NCBI GenBank assembly: GCA_025359635.1
Contig: JANYFV010000196.1
Coordinates: forward strand, 1 to 47,865
Direction of reading: 5' to 3'
DNA length: 47,865 nucleotides
DNA from: Undibacterium sp.
GTDB lineage: Bacteria; Pseudomonadota; Gammaproteobacteria; Burkholderiales; Burkholderiaceae_D
The notes under the pieces were generated by a model. The model worked only from the letters and a program-made list of their open reading frames with translations, was not told where the DNA came from and searched no databases. The translations under genes were made by a program, and so were the position numbers. Below, piece by piece: positions 8,393 through 16,996 of this stretch (its first letter is position 1; each line of letters begins with the position of its first letter).

Positions 8393-9400
8393 TTATTTTG
8401 ACTCTTTGCCGCCTTTGGTTTCCATGGAAACCGGCCCGCTGGCCGACATCAGCGGCGCCGCGAAACCGGCGAAAGGCAACACGGCATTCAACGCCAGGCG
8501 GTCATGCCGGTGGCTGGTGCGAAAGCTGGCGCCGTCATCCTCGCTGCGCAGCATCAGCCCATCCTGCCCCACCGCCAGCACACCCCGGTCGCTGCCAGTA
8601 CGTGCCAGCCCAGTGATCGAGGCGCTGCTGTCTATGGCTATGCGCGCCCAGTGCTGCCCGGCATCGCTGCTGCGGTACAGCGCACCGCGCAGCCCGCCCA
8701 CCAGCAAGGCGCCATCCTGCAGCACGGTGCCGGCCCAGAACGAGCCGCGGTAACCGGTGGCCAGATAGTTCCAGCTGTTGCCCATATCCTCAGAATGCAG
8801 GACATAGCCTTTTTCCGCTGCGGCATACAGCGAATTGCCACTGCCTGCAAACAGACCGAACAGGTTCAGGTCGGCGCGCTGGCCGCCAGGCGGTGCAGAA
8901 AGTTGCCGCTCGTTCCAATGCTGCCCACCGTCGCTGGTAGTCAGCAGCAGCGACCACAGGCCGGCCGCCACACCATGCGCAGGATCGAAAAAATGCACCG
9001 CGAACAGCGGCCTATCCTGCTCTGGTGTGCTGCGCTGTATTGTCCAATTTTCACCGCCATCTTGCGTATGCAGCACCACGCCCGCATGTCCCACCGCCCA
9101 GCCTTCTTTCTCGTTGATAAACAAGACGGCAGTCAGCGTGACATCGAGCGGCACCTTACTGGCCTGACGCCACACCTTGCCCTGATCATCCGAGAGCAGC
9201 ACGATGCCATGCGCACCGACCGCCACAACGCGCCGTCCGGCTCGCGTGACCGCCAGCATGCTGGCTTGCCGCGCATGCGCCACGGTTTCGGCAACATGCA
9301 GCGCGACCGGCCAATCCGAGCTTGCCACGCCACTCACTGCGCCAGCTGTGCCAACGCAAAACAGCAACACAGCCCAGCATTTTTTTAATACTTTATTCAT
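8393..9400 (-). CDS. YCF48/BNR-repeat (beta-propeller) exported protein
   Basis: Signal peptide; repeated S/TxDxGxxW boxes (SDDQGKVW, TQDGGENW, TSDGGQHW, SEDMGNSW, SSDAGQHW); adjacent to RND and DUF1302/DUF1329 genes. Confidence 0.88.
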   Translation of the reverse strand: MNKVLKKCWAVLLFCVGTAGAVSGVASSDWPVALHVAETVAHARQASMLAVTRAGRRVVAVGAHGIVLLSDDQGKVWRQASKVPLDVTLTAVLFINEKEGWAVGHAGVVLHTQDGGENWTIQRSTPEQDRPLFAVHFFDPAHGVAAGLWSLLLTTSDGGQHWNERQLSAPPGGQRADLNLFGLFAGSGNSLYAAAEKGYVLHSEDMGNSWNYLATGYRGSFWAGTVLQDGALLVGGLRGALYRSSDAGQHWARIAIDSSASITGLARTGSDRGVLAVGQDGLMLRSEDDGASFRTSHRHDRLALNAVLPFAGFAAPLMSASGPVSMETKGGKESK

Positions 9401-9415
9401 TCTTCATCGATCCGA

Positions 9416-11830
9416 TCAATGCATCAAAATGCCAGGCACGCGGGCCGGGCTCTTGCGTGGAAATAGCCGCTCCAGCCAAACCGCCAGCGCTGGCAATGCC
9501 GTCATCGCCATCAACATGTTGACCATGAACATGAAGGCCAACAGCTTGCCCATATCCGCCTGAAACTTCAGCGCCGAGAACGACCAGGTAGCCACCCCTA
9601 CCGCCAGAGTTACCGCAGTAAAAATAGTCGCGGTACCGACTTCCAGAATCGCATGCTCGATGGCCTTAACGATGGGCTGGCCATGCGCCAGGTGCAGCTG
9701 CAGGCGGTTGTAGATATAGAACGCATAATCGACGCCGATGCCGACCGCCAGCACCATCACCGGCAGGGTCGCCACCGTCAGGCCGATCTGCAATTCCTTC
9801 ATGAACCAGTAGCCGATAAAAGTGCCGACGGTCAGCGGTAGACAGCAAGCCAGCACCGCACGGAAATCTCTATACGTCACCAGCACCAGCAAGATGATCG
9901 CGGCATACACGTACAGCATCATCGCCAGTTCGCTATGTTCCAATGTGTCGTTCACCGCAGCGAGCACACCGGCATTGCCGGAGGCGAGGCGGATTGTGAT
10001 GCCCGGCTCGCTATGAAAGGCGGCAAAGGATTCGACCGCGGCGATCACGCGCTTGATGGTGACGGCCTTGTGGTCGGTCAGGTAGAGGTGCACAGCGGTC
10101 ATGCTGCAATCCTTGCGCATGGTGCCGCGGGTGCGGGAGATTTCCGTGGCCAGCCCGGCAAAATTCGCCGAATCAAGCGGTACCGTCGCCATCTTCGGAT
10201 TGCCTTCGTTATAGCCAAGGTTGTACTGCTTCATCTGCTCGGAAAACGAGGCGATCGAGAGCACCCCTGGCACCGGCTGCATCGCCCAAGTGAAGCGGTC
10301 CTGGAACAGGCCGATGTTGACGTTGCCGCAAAAGCCGACGCCATTGTCACTTGCGCTTGATCCGGCCACGGCCTTGGCCTCGAAGATCACGGTCAACCAG
10401 TCAAGGCCTGTGTCATAGTTGCTGGCAATCGACACGGCATCCAAATTGAAACGCGCGTCCGGACGAAGTTCCGGCGCACCTGGCTCAACCGTACCGATCA
10501 CGCGACCCTGACTCTGCCACACGGCGAGGCCAAAAATGCCCACGACGACGACTAAACAAAACGCGGCATTGCGCGGCTTGGCGATGCGTGCCAACACGCG
10601 CAACCAATCGGCGCGCGCCTCGCGCAACGCCATCGCGCTTTCGGCATAGGCCGGGGCAATGCGACAAAAAGAGGCCGCCACCGGCAGCATCACCAGGTTC
10701 GTGACGATCTTGAAAGCCACGCCGAGCGAGGCGGCAATCGCCAGTTCGCGCACCATCGGAATAGGGATCAGCAACAGCGTCACAAACGAGACAAAAGCGG
10801 TGGCCAAGGCCAAAGTGCCAGGCACCAGCAGGCCAGAAAAACTGGCGCGGCAGGCCGCATAACAGCTCTTGCCGAGTGAGACTTCACGCACGATAAAATT
10901 GATCTGCTGGACCCCATGCGAGACGCCGATGGCGAACACCAGAAAAGGCACCAGCACAGCCAGCGGATCGAGCCCGAAACCGAGCAGGTGCAGCGCACCG
11001 AATTGCCACACCAGCGAGGTCAGCGAGCAGGCGATAGGCAGCAGCGTAAACAGCACGGAACGGCAATACCAGAATACCGCGCCGGCCGTCAGCACCAGCG
11101 CCAGGATAAAAAACTTCAGGACCGACTTGGCCGAGTCAGCGATCTCGCCGATCTGCTTGGCAAAACCGATGATCTCGATGCTGAAGTCCTGATCCTCGAA
11201 ACGTTGGCGCAGTTGTTCCAGCACCGCGTTGTAGGCGACATAGTCGAGCTTATTGCCGTCCGGATCAGTCTCAAGCAATTCCGCGCTGATCATGGCACTG
11301 TCCTGGCCGCGCGAGACCAGGGTACCGACAAAGCCACCCTGCGCCGCCGCCGCGCGTATCTTGGCTATGGCCGCATCGTCCAGACGTTCCGGCGTGACGC
11401 TGCCATCGATCAAGGGATCCGCCCGAAAGCCCTCTTCCGTGATCTCATTGACGAAGGTATTCGAGGTCCAGAGTGATTGCACCCCGAGCCGCTCCACATT
11501 CGGCAAAAACGTCACCGCCTGAGTCACCTGATACAGCCGCTTCAGACCCGCCGCAGTCCAGATTCCGCTCTTACCTGCGTCCCGTGCCCGCACCACAATG
11601 TTGAGGCGATTAGCCCCCATCACGTCGCTACGATAGGCACGAAAAGTCTCGACATACGGATGATTGGCCGGCATCTGCTTGTCGAAGCCCGCCTCCATCC
11701 GTAACTGCCATCCAAGACAGCCCATGAGTACCGTCACCCCGAACAAGGTAAGCATTAGCAGCTTACGATGTGCGAAGCAGACCGCCTCAAAGCGGGCCAT
11801 CATCGATGTATTTAAAGTCTGGTCACCCAT
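9416..11830 (-). CDS. RND-superfamily (MMPL-type) inner-membrane transporter
   Basis: 804 aa with two TM + periplasmic domain + 5 TM halves; motifs FAIGVSHGVQ and VGIGVDYAF; C-terminal KFQADMGKLLAFMF. Confidence 0.88.
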   Translation of the reverse strand: MGDQTLNTSMMARFEAVCFAHRKLLMLTLFGVTVLMGCLGWQLRMEAGFDKQMPANHPYVETFRAYRSDVMGANRLNIVVRARDAGKSGIWTAAGLKRLYQVTQAVTFLPNVERLGVQSLWTSNTFVNEITEEGFRADPLIDGSVTPERLDDAAIAKIRAAAAQGGFVGTLVSRGQDSAMISAELLETDPDGNKLDYVAYNAVLEQLRQRFEDQDFSIEIIGFAKQIGEIADSAKSVLKFFILALVLTAGAVFWYCRSVLFTLLPIACSLTSLVWQFGALHLLGFGLDPLAVLVPFLVFAIGVSHGVQQINFIVREVSLGKSCYAACRASFSGLLVPGTLALATAFVSFVTLLLIPIPMVRELAIAASLGVAFKIVTNLVMLPVAASFCRIAPAYAESAMALREARADWLRVLARIAKPRNAAFCLVVVVGIFGLAVWQSQGRVIGTVEPGAPELRPDARFNLDAVSIASNYDTGLDWLTVIFEAKAVAGSSASDNGVGFCGNVNIGLFQDRFTWAMQPVPGVLSIASFSEQMKQYNLGYNEGNPKMATVPLDSANFAGLATEISRTRGTMRKDCSMTAVHLYLTDHKAVTIKRVIAAVESFAAFHSEPGITIRLASGNAGVLAAVNDTLEHSELAMMLYVYAAIILLVLVTYRDFRAVLACCLPLTVGTFIGYWFMKELQIGLTVATLPVMVLAVGIGVDYAFYIYNRLQLHLAHGQPIVKAIEHAILEVGTATIFTAVTLAVGVATWSFSALKFQADMGKLLAFMFMVNMLMAMTALPALAVWLERLFPRKSPARVPGILMH

Positions 11831-11841
11831 TTAGCATCCGC

Positions 11842-13470
11842 TTAAAAGTTACGCGAAATGTTCAGGCCGATAAAACTGCGGTCTTTGTAGGGCTGATCGA
11901 ACACTGTATTACCTCCGGTGAACCGAACGTAATTGATCGCACCCTGCCAATTGGCCGGATTTTGAATGAAGCTCAGAGTGAAATTGACCGACTGAGCGCC
12001 CTTCATGAAAGTGGCCGCGCCGTTAGGGGTGCGCCCGTCAAGCGCGCGAAAGTAGTACACCTCCGGCACCACCTGCCATCCGGGTATCAGTGTGCCGTCA
12101 TAGACCCAACTGAAATCGAAGTTCACCCCCGAAGAATTACGCGTCCCCACTGCCTTTGGTGTGCCGCTGGCACTGTATTCCTGGCCCCAGCCCCAAGCGC
12201 CGGCCGAGATCAAATCATCGCCATACTGATTCTTCAGATGCGGGAAACGGATCATCACCGCCTCGAGCAGCAGAGTGCCGGAATCGGCACGCAACAGACC
12301 GAGCACACTTGATGCTGTATCCGGTGCCAGGCTGAACAATCCGGTCACCGCAGCCTGCATGCGTGCACTATCTACCCAGCAGTTGCCTCCCTGCGAAGCG
12401 CAGCCTGTGGTGGCGGAATTTAAAGTGACGGCATCCTTAGGACGATAGGAGAACTCACTGCCCACGGCCCAGTTACCGACCGGGAAATTGGCCGATACAC
12501 CATACAGGCGGCGATCCTCGCCATACACCCAGCCTAGCGTGCCATTCGGATTATTGAAGGTGAATGACGGCGACTTATCATGGTAGTTAATCGCATAGAC
12601 GCCCAGGTTCAGCTGTGTATCTGACGGTTGGTAGCGCAGTGACGCACCCCATTGGCCGCCATTCCTGGCCCGGCTCTCCTGCAAGCCATAAGCATCATGC
12701 CCGGCGCCCAGTCCATTCGAGACCGACCAGTAGCTGCCAGTCGGTGGCATATAGTTGGCATTCCAGCCCAGTTGCACATAGGCTTCAGCATTCAAGCCAT
12801 GCCCCAGGCCAGCCGCCGCGCTGATAATGGGCGCTGGCAGAATGGCTTCCTTGAGTTGGGTGCCAGGCTGCGACAGGCGCATGATATCGACCGCATTGGT
12901 GACATTGATACCGCCAGGAATAAACAGGCTCTCACCCCAGCTGATCACCTGATTACCCGCACGGATACGCAAGGTCTGCTCGTCAAAGACAAATTTTTTG
13001 CTGACCCACAGGTCGAGTAATCGGGCTTTGAAACGCAGATCCTTGCGCGCATCGTCGGTGAGATTGCCGTCCAGTCCGGGCGGGGTGGTGGCACTGACCC
13101 AGCCGGTGGTCTGGGTGGCAGTAAAATCGCGCAGCCAACTCATGCGCGCCATCGCGGTGATATCCTCCGGAAACTTGAGCAACAGCTCGTGCGAGCCTTT
13201 CAGGTAAGTGGTGAAGGCATCGTACTTTGCATAGTTCAGGTTACCCTGGTCGCCCATGACACTCGCTGGCGACAGTATGCCAGCCGGCCCGCCGCTATTG
13301 CCGGCGTTGATCAGTCCGGCATCCGGTGCGCTGGTACGGATACCGGTGCCGATGCTGATAGTGGAATCAAAGCTACCCGAAAAATAGGTGGTATTGAACG
13401 TTTCGGCGCGTACGCCAAGGCTGGTGACGGCGGCGCCGACCACGCAGGCCAAGAAAAATGGTTTGCTCAT
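11842..13470 (-). CDS. DUF1302-family outer-membrane beta-barrel protein
   Basis: Signal peptide; motifs GDQGNLNY, GNQVISWGESLF, GSEFSYRP; C-terminal amphipathic strand ending in Phe (IGLNISRNF); adjacent to DUF1329. Confidence 0.85.
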   Translation of the reverse strand: MSKPFFLACVVGAAVTSLGVRAETFNTTYFSGSFDSTISIGTGIRTSAPDAGLINAGNSGGPAGILSPASVMGDQGNLNYAKYDAFTTYLKGSHELLLKFPEDITAMARMSWLRDFTATQTTGWVSATTPPGLDGNLTDDARKDLRFKARLLDLWVSKKFVFDEQTLRIRAGNQVISWGESLFIPGGINVTNAVDIMRLSQPGTQLKEAILPAPIISAAAGLGHGLNAEAYVQLGWNANYMPPTGSYWSVSNGLGAGHDAYGLQESRARNGGQWGASLRYQPSDTQLNLGVYAINYHDKSPSFTFNNPNGTLGWVYGEDRRLYGVSANFPVGNWAVGSEFSYRPKDAVTLNSATTGCASQGGNCWVDSARMQAAVTGLFSLAPDTASSVLGLLRADSGTLLLEAVMIRFPHLKNQYGDDLISAGAWGWGQEYSASGTPKAVGTRNSSGVNFDFSWVYDGTLIPGWQVVPEVYYFRALDGRTPNGAATFMKGAQSVNFTLSFIQNPANWQGAINYVRFTGGNTVFDQPYKDRSFIGLNISRNF

Positions 13471-13496
13471 GAATGTATCCCAAGTTAGTAGACGGA

Positions 13497-14915
13497 TCAG
13501 CGGTCGCTGGTGGCACGCAGGTTTTCAGAGGTATAGAAAGACGCTTTCATGCGCTCGCCCTTGGTGTCGGTCAGCCATTTCACGTCGCTGCCCGCACCCA
13601 CGGTGGTGAAGTCGAAAACATAGCGCCCTTCAGGCAAGTTGTACTGGCTAAACGCCAGCACATCGCAGGTACCAGTCTCGTAGACGGGAACCAGGTAACC
13701 CTCGCGCACCTTCCAGAGCGCACCCTGCACGTCATAGTCTTCAGCCAGCACCGCATTCCAGCTATCTTCATCGAGATAGTAAGTACGCTTAGGCGAGACA
13801 TGGCGCGCGCCCTGCTTGATTGTCGCCTCAACTACCCAGACCCGGTGCAGCTCATAGCGGCGGTTGGCCGATGCCAGGGAATTCTTTTGCACCACATCGG
13901 AAATCTTGGCCTTGAAGTCATACGCGCCGAAGACGTTGTATGGCACCAGGATTTCCTTCTTGCCGGCGATCTTCCAGTCGTAGCGGTCCAGCGTGCCGGT
14001 AAACATATTGGTTTCGTCTAGCAGGTACTGATTCTCAAAGCCGATCTGCGGCGCATCATAGGCATACGCCGGCAGGCGACGCACCCGTCGCTGGCCGGGG
14101 AAATAATAGAAGGTCTCGCCACTAGGGTTGTCGAGGTAAATGTTGGCGGCCAAGGCCTGGCCAGCCAGCGCGGCCGGTGAGCGGTAAGTGAAATAGGTGA
14201 AGTACTCGACGTTACCGACATCGGCCAGATTGTTCGAGCCCTTCTTGCCCGCCGGGAAGAAGTAACTCTGCTCGTAGGCAGCCTGAATCCAGTCCTCGCT
14301 GCCACGCCGCGGCGAGACAAAAGTGTAACCATTCTGGAATTCCACGCCTTGGCCGCGGTAGCGCATCTTCATGTTCATCATCGCTTGCGCACCGCTAGCC
14401 GGCATCGGGAAAGGCACGCCCGGCACCACCGCCGCTTTCAGGCTCCAGCCGTTCTCGCCCATCTTGGCGCTAGCGACATTCTTGCGGGTATTTTCCGCAA
14501 CGAAATCAGGCACGCTGCAACTGCGGCGGGTTGGATAGACTTCCATCTGGAAACCGGGATTCTGCTTGAGCAAAGCCAGCTGGCCCGGGGTCAGCACTTC
14601 ACTATATTGCGCAGCGTTGCCGGCGTTGATTGCGTACTGCGCTTTATCGTTCTTGTATTTCCAGAAGTCCTTGCGTTGCATGCCCCAGGCCCAGCCATCG
14701 GTCGCCTGAACTTCGTTTTTCCAGGCCGGAATGCGGCCGTCTTTATTGCCCGCCATTTCGGCACCGCTAGGTGTCAGGGTAGTGCCCAACTGAGCCACAT
14801 CAGCGGCCGACGCCAAACCGCTAGTCATAGAAAACCACGCCACACAGGCCATCAGGCAACACCCGGCTCTTAAACTAGCCGGAAGGGGTCGAAAGTAAGG
14901 ATTTTGGTGAGTCAT
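13497..14915 (-). CDS. DUF1329-family periplasmic protein
   Basis: Signal peptide; motifs LTPSGAEMAGNKDGRIPAW, YPTRRS, GVPFP, YFPGQRRVRRLP, RRYELHRVWVVEAT, YLDEDSW. Confidence 0.88.
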   Translation of the reverse strand: MTHQNPYFRPLPASLRAGCCLMACVAWFSMTSGLASAADVAQLGTTLTPSGAEMAGNKDGRIPAWKNEVQATDGWAWGMQRKDFWKYKNDKAQYAINAGNAAQYSEVLTPGQLALLKQNPGFQMEVYPTRRSCSVPDFVAENTRKNVASAKMGENGWSLKAAVVPGVPFPMPASGAQAMMNMKMRYRGQGVEFQNGYTFVSPRRGSEDWIQAAYEQSYFFPAGKKGSNNLADVGNVEYFTYFTYRSPAALAGQALAANIYLDNPSGETFYYFPGQRRVRRLPAYAYDAPQIGFENQYLLDETNMFTGTLDRYDWKIAGKKEILVPYNVFGAYDFKAKISDVVQKNSLASANRRYELHRVWVVEATIKQGARHVSPKRTYYLDEDSWNAVLAEDYDVQGALWKVREGYLVPVYETGTCDVLAFSQYNLPEGRYVFDFTTVGAGSDVKWLTDTKGERMKASFYTSENLRATSDR

Positions 14916-15245
14916 TTTGTCTCCAATCGTATTATGGATATGCCTTGGTCAGAAATTCCAACAAGACACTTTTTATTCATTAAAAAGTTGAAACTTTAAT
15001 CGGATTCAAGGACTGCCACGGCAACGCCAGACGACTCCCCTACCGAAACCACTTTTCCCCGTTACCGCAAACTTCAGCAGCCAGTACCGGGGCACTCTTA
15101 CCAATTCAACAGCTACTACAAATAAGATAAAAACATCTGTTCATCAGAGGTAGACAAGCTCCATCTACATCAGGATTGCTGCTTGAAAAACTCCGCCCAG
15201 CCCAATAAAAACAGTATTTCCTTTAATTCAGTGACGCTGGGATTA

Positions 15246-15275
15246 AATATAACCGATTAATTGTTCGGTTTTCAA
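15246..15275 (-). promoter_or_regulatory. Putative sigma70 promoter for the DUF1329 unit, with a palindromic operator between -35 and -10
   Basis: Minus strand TTGAAA (15275-15270), 18-nt spacer, TATATT (15251-15246). The palindrome AACCGA-N8-TCGGTT (15251-15270) fills the spacer. Confidence 0.7.
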
Positions 15276-15323
15276 GCAATATTTCAACTTGTTGTAAATT
15301 TGTTTGAAAAACCCAAAAAAGCG

Positions 15324-15490
15324 TTTCCCACGGAAAGCACGAAAAAATTTCAACACACTGCTTAAACACGGCGACACGGCGAACAAGGTGAATGCCTCGC
15401 TCAAGCTTTTGCTTTTCCGCCGTGCCGCCGTGCTCGCCGTGTTAAATTGAATTTTTCCTTTCGTGCTTTTCGTGTTTTTCGTGGACAAAA
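15324..15490. repeat. Inverted-repeat element 3 (CACGAAAnn arms) containing a nested CACGGCGnn element
   Basis: Outer arms: CACGGAAAG-CACGAAAAA (15329-15346) and CCTTTCGTG-CTTTTCGTG-TTTTTCGTG-GACAAAA (15457-15490). Inner perfect inverted repeat: AACACGGCGA (15365-15374) and TCGCCGTGTT (15434-15443). Confidence 0.9.
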
Positions 15491-15491
15491 A

Positions 15492-16982
15492 TCAAATCTG
15501 ATTTACCAGCGGCTGGTACCAATTCCAATCCTGCGTATGGTCAAAGCGAGTGATCTGCTTCACCTCCAGAAAAGCCTCGTAGCCATGCCGCCCCAACTCA
15601 CGCCCGATGCCCGAGGCCTTGTAGCCGCCCCATGGCAATTGGGTGAAAGTCGGTTGCGAGCAATTGATCCAGACCACACCCGCCCGCAGCGCTTTAGCCA
15701 CCCGGTCGCAACGCGCCAGGTCATCCGACATTACCGCACCAGCCAGGCCGAAGCGGCTGTCATTGGCCAGGGCAATCGCTTCCTCTTCGGTATCAAAGGG
15801 ATGCAGACACAGCACAGGCCCGAACACTTCCTCGCGCCAGATCCAGCTATCCGTCGCCACATCGGCGAAGATGGTCGGCTCAACAAAATAACCCTGCCTC
15901 AGGTGAGATGGTCGCCCGCCGCCTGTGACCAAACGGGCGCCGCTGGCAATCCCGCTTGCTATTCCTTCCAGCACGCGGCAGCACTGAAGCTCCGAGACCA
16001 GCGGCCCCATCTGGACGCCTTCCTGATCGCCCGGCCCGATGACAATCCGCTCTGCCGCCTCCTTCAATTTGAGCAGCAGAGCTTCATACACTGGCCGCTC
16101 GACCAGCAGGCGCGAGGTGGCCGAGCAGATCTGCCCCTGGTTCCAGAACACGCCAAACTGACTCCACTCGACCGCCTTGTCCAGATCGCAATCGGCAAAC
16201 ACAATGAAAGGGGATTTCCCGCCCAGCTCGAGGCTAACATTGCGGATGTCGCGCGCAGCCGCCTGCATCACCCGCGAGCCGGTGGCCTGCGAACCGGTAA
16301 ACGCCAGCTTGTCGACGCCAGGGTGCTCGCTTAGCGGCGCACCCGCTTCTGTACCAAGACCGGTCACCAGATTGAACACACCTGGCGGCAGGCCGGCGTC
16401 ATGCAGGTAACGCGCCAGTTCGGCACAACTCAAGGGGCAGAGTTCGGAAGGTTTCAGCACGATGCAGCAACCAGCCGCGAGCGCCGGCGCCACCTTCCAT
16501 GCCGCCATCAGCAAGGGGAAATTCCATGGCGTAATGGCACCCACCACGCCCAGCGGTTCCTTGCGTATCCGGCAGGCGAAGCGTTCGTCGCCGACATCCA
16601 CCGCCGTCTCGCCTTCCGCCTCAACTTGCTCAGCCATGTCGGCGTAATAGTCGAAGCAAAAAGCTGCATCGGCGATGTCCCAACGCGCCTCTTTCAAAGG
16701 CTTGCCGTTATCACGCATTTCCAGCACAGAGAGTTGCTCGAGATTGGCGCGGATCTCGGTCGCGACTCTGCGCAAAATCGCGGCGCGACTGGCGGCCGCC
16801 ATACGTGGCCACTGGCCATGATCGAAGGCGCGGCGCGCCGCCAACACCGCCGCGTCCACATCAGCACCGGTGCCGGCCGCGGCTTGGGCGAAACTCTCGC
16901 CAGTGGCCGGATCGAGCACATCGAGAAAGCCGCCACGCAGCGATTCTACGAACGCACCATCGATAAATAGTAAGTTGCGCAT
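15492..16982 (-). CDS. Aldehyde dehydrogenase, betaine-/amino-aldehyde dehydrogenase-like
   Basis: Motifs ITPWNFPL, LKPSE, FTGS, LELGGKSP, GQICSATSRLL, EEVFGP, PWGGYKASGIGRELG; C-terminal WNWY resembles aminoaldehyde dehydrogenases. Confidence 0.92.
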   Translation of the reverse strand: MRNLLFIDGAFVESLRGGFLDVLDPATGESFAQAAAGTGADVDAAVLAARRAFDHGQWPRMAAASRAAILRRVATEIRANLEQLSVLEMRDNGKPLKEARWDIADAAFCFDYYADMAEQVEAEGETAVDVGDERFACRIRKEPLGVVGAITPWNFPLLMAAWKVAPALAAGCCIVLKPSELCPLSCAELARYLHDAGLPPGVFNLVTGLGTEAGAPLSEHPGVDKLAFTGSQATGSRVMQAAARDIRNVSLELGGKSPFIVFADCDLDKAVEWSQFGVFWNQGQICSATSRLLVERPVYEALLLKLKEAAERIVIGPGDQEGVQMGPLVSELQCCRVLEGIASGIASGARLVTGGGRPSHLRQGYFVEPTIFADVATDSWIWREEVFGPVLCLHPFDTEEEAIALANDSRFGLAGAVMSDDLARCDRVAKALRAGVVWINCSQPTFTQLPWGGYKASGIGRELGRHGYEAFLEVKQITRFDHTQDWNWYQPLVNQI

Positions 16983-16996
16983 ATCCCCCTGCCCGC

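Noticed and set aside
8504-9388. 294-aa plus-strand ORF
   Set aside because: Antisense shadow of the YCF48-like gene.
15243-15488. 81-aa minus-strand ORF MSTKNTKSTK...
   Set aside because: Translation of the 9-bp periodic element; TTG start, and it runs across the promoter and operator.
2014-15490. CACGAAA repeats as a CRISPR array or integron attC sites
   Set aside because: They are dispersed inverted elements without regular spacers; there are no cas or intI genes and no RYYYAAC/GTTRRRY ends.
15447-16334. 295-aa plus-strand ORF
   Set aside because: Antisense shadow of the aldehyde dehydrogenase.
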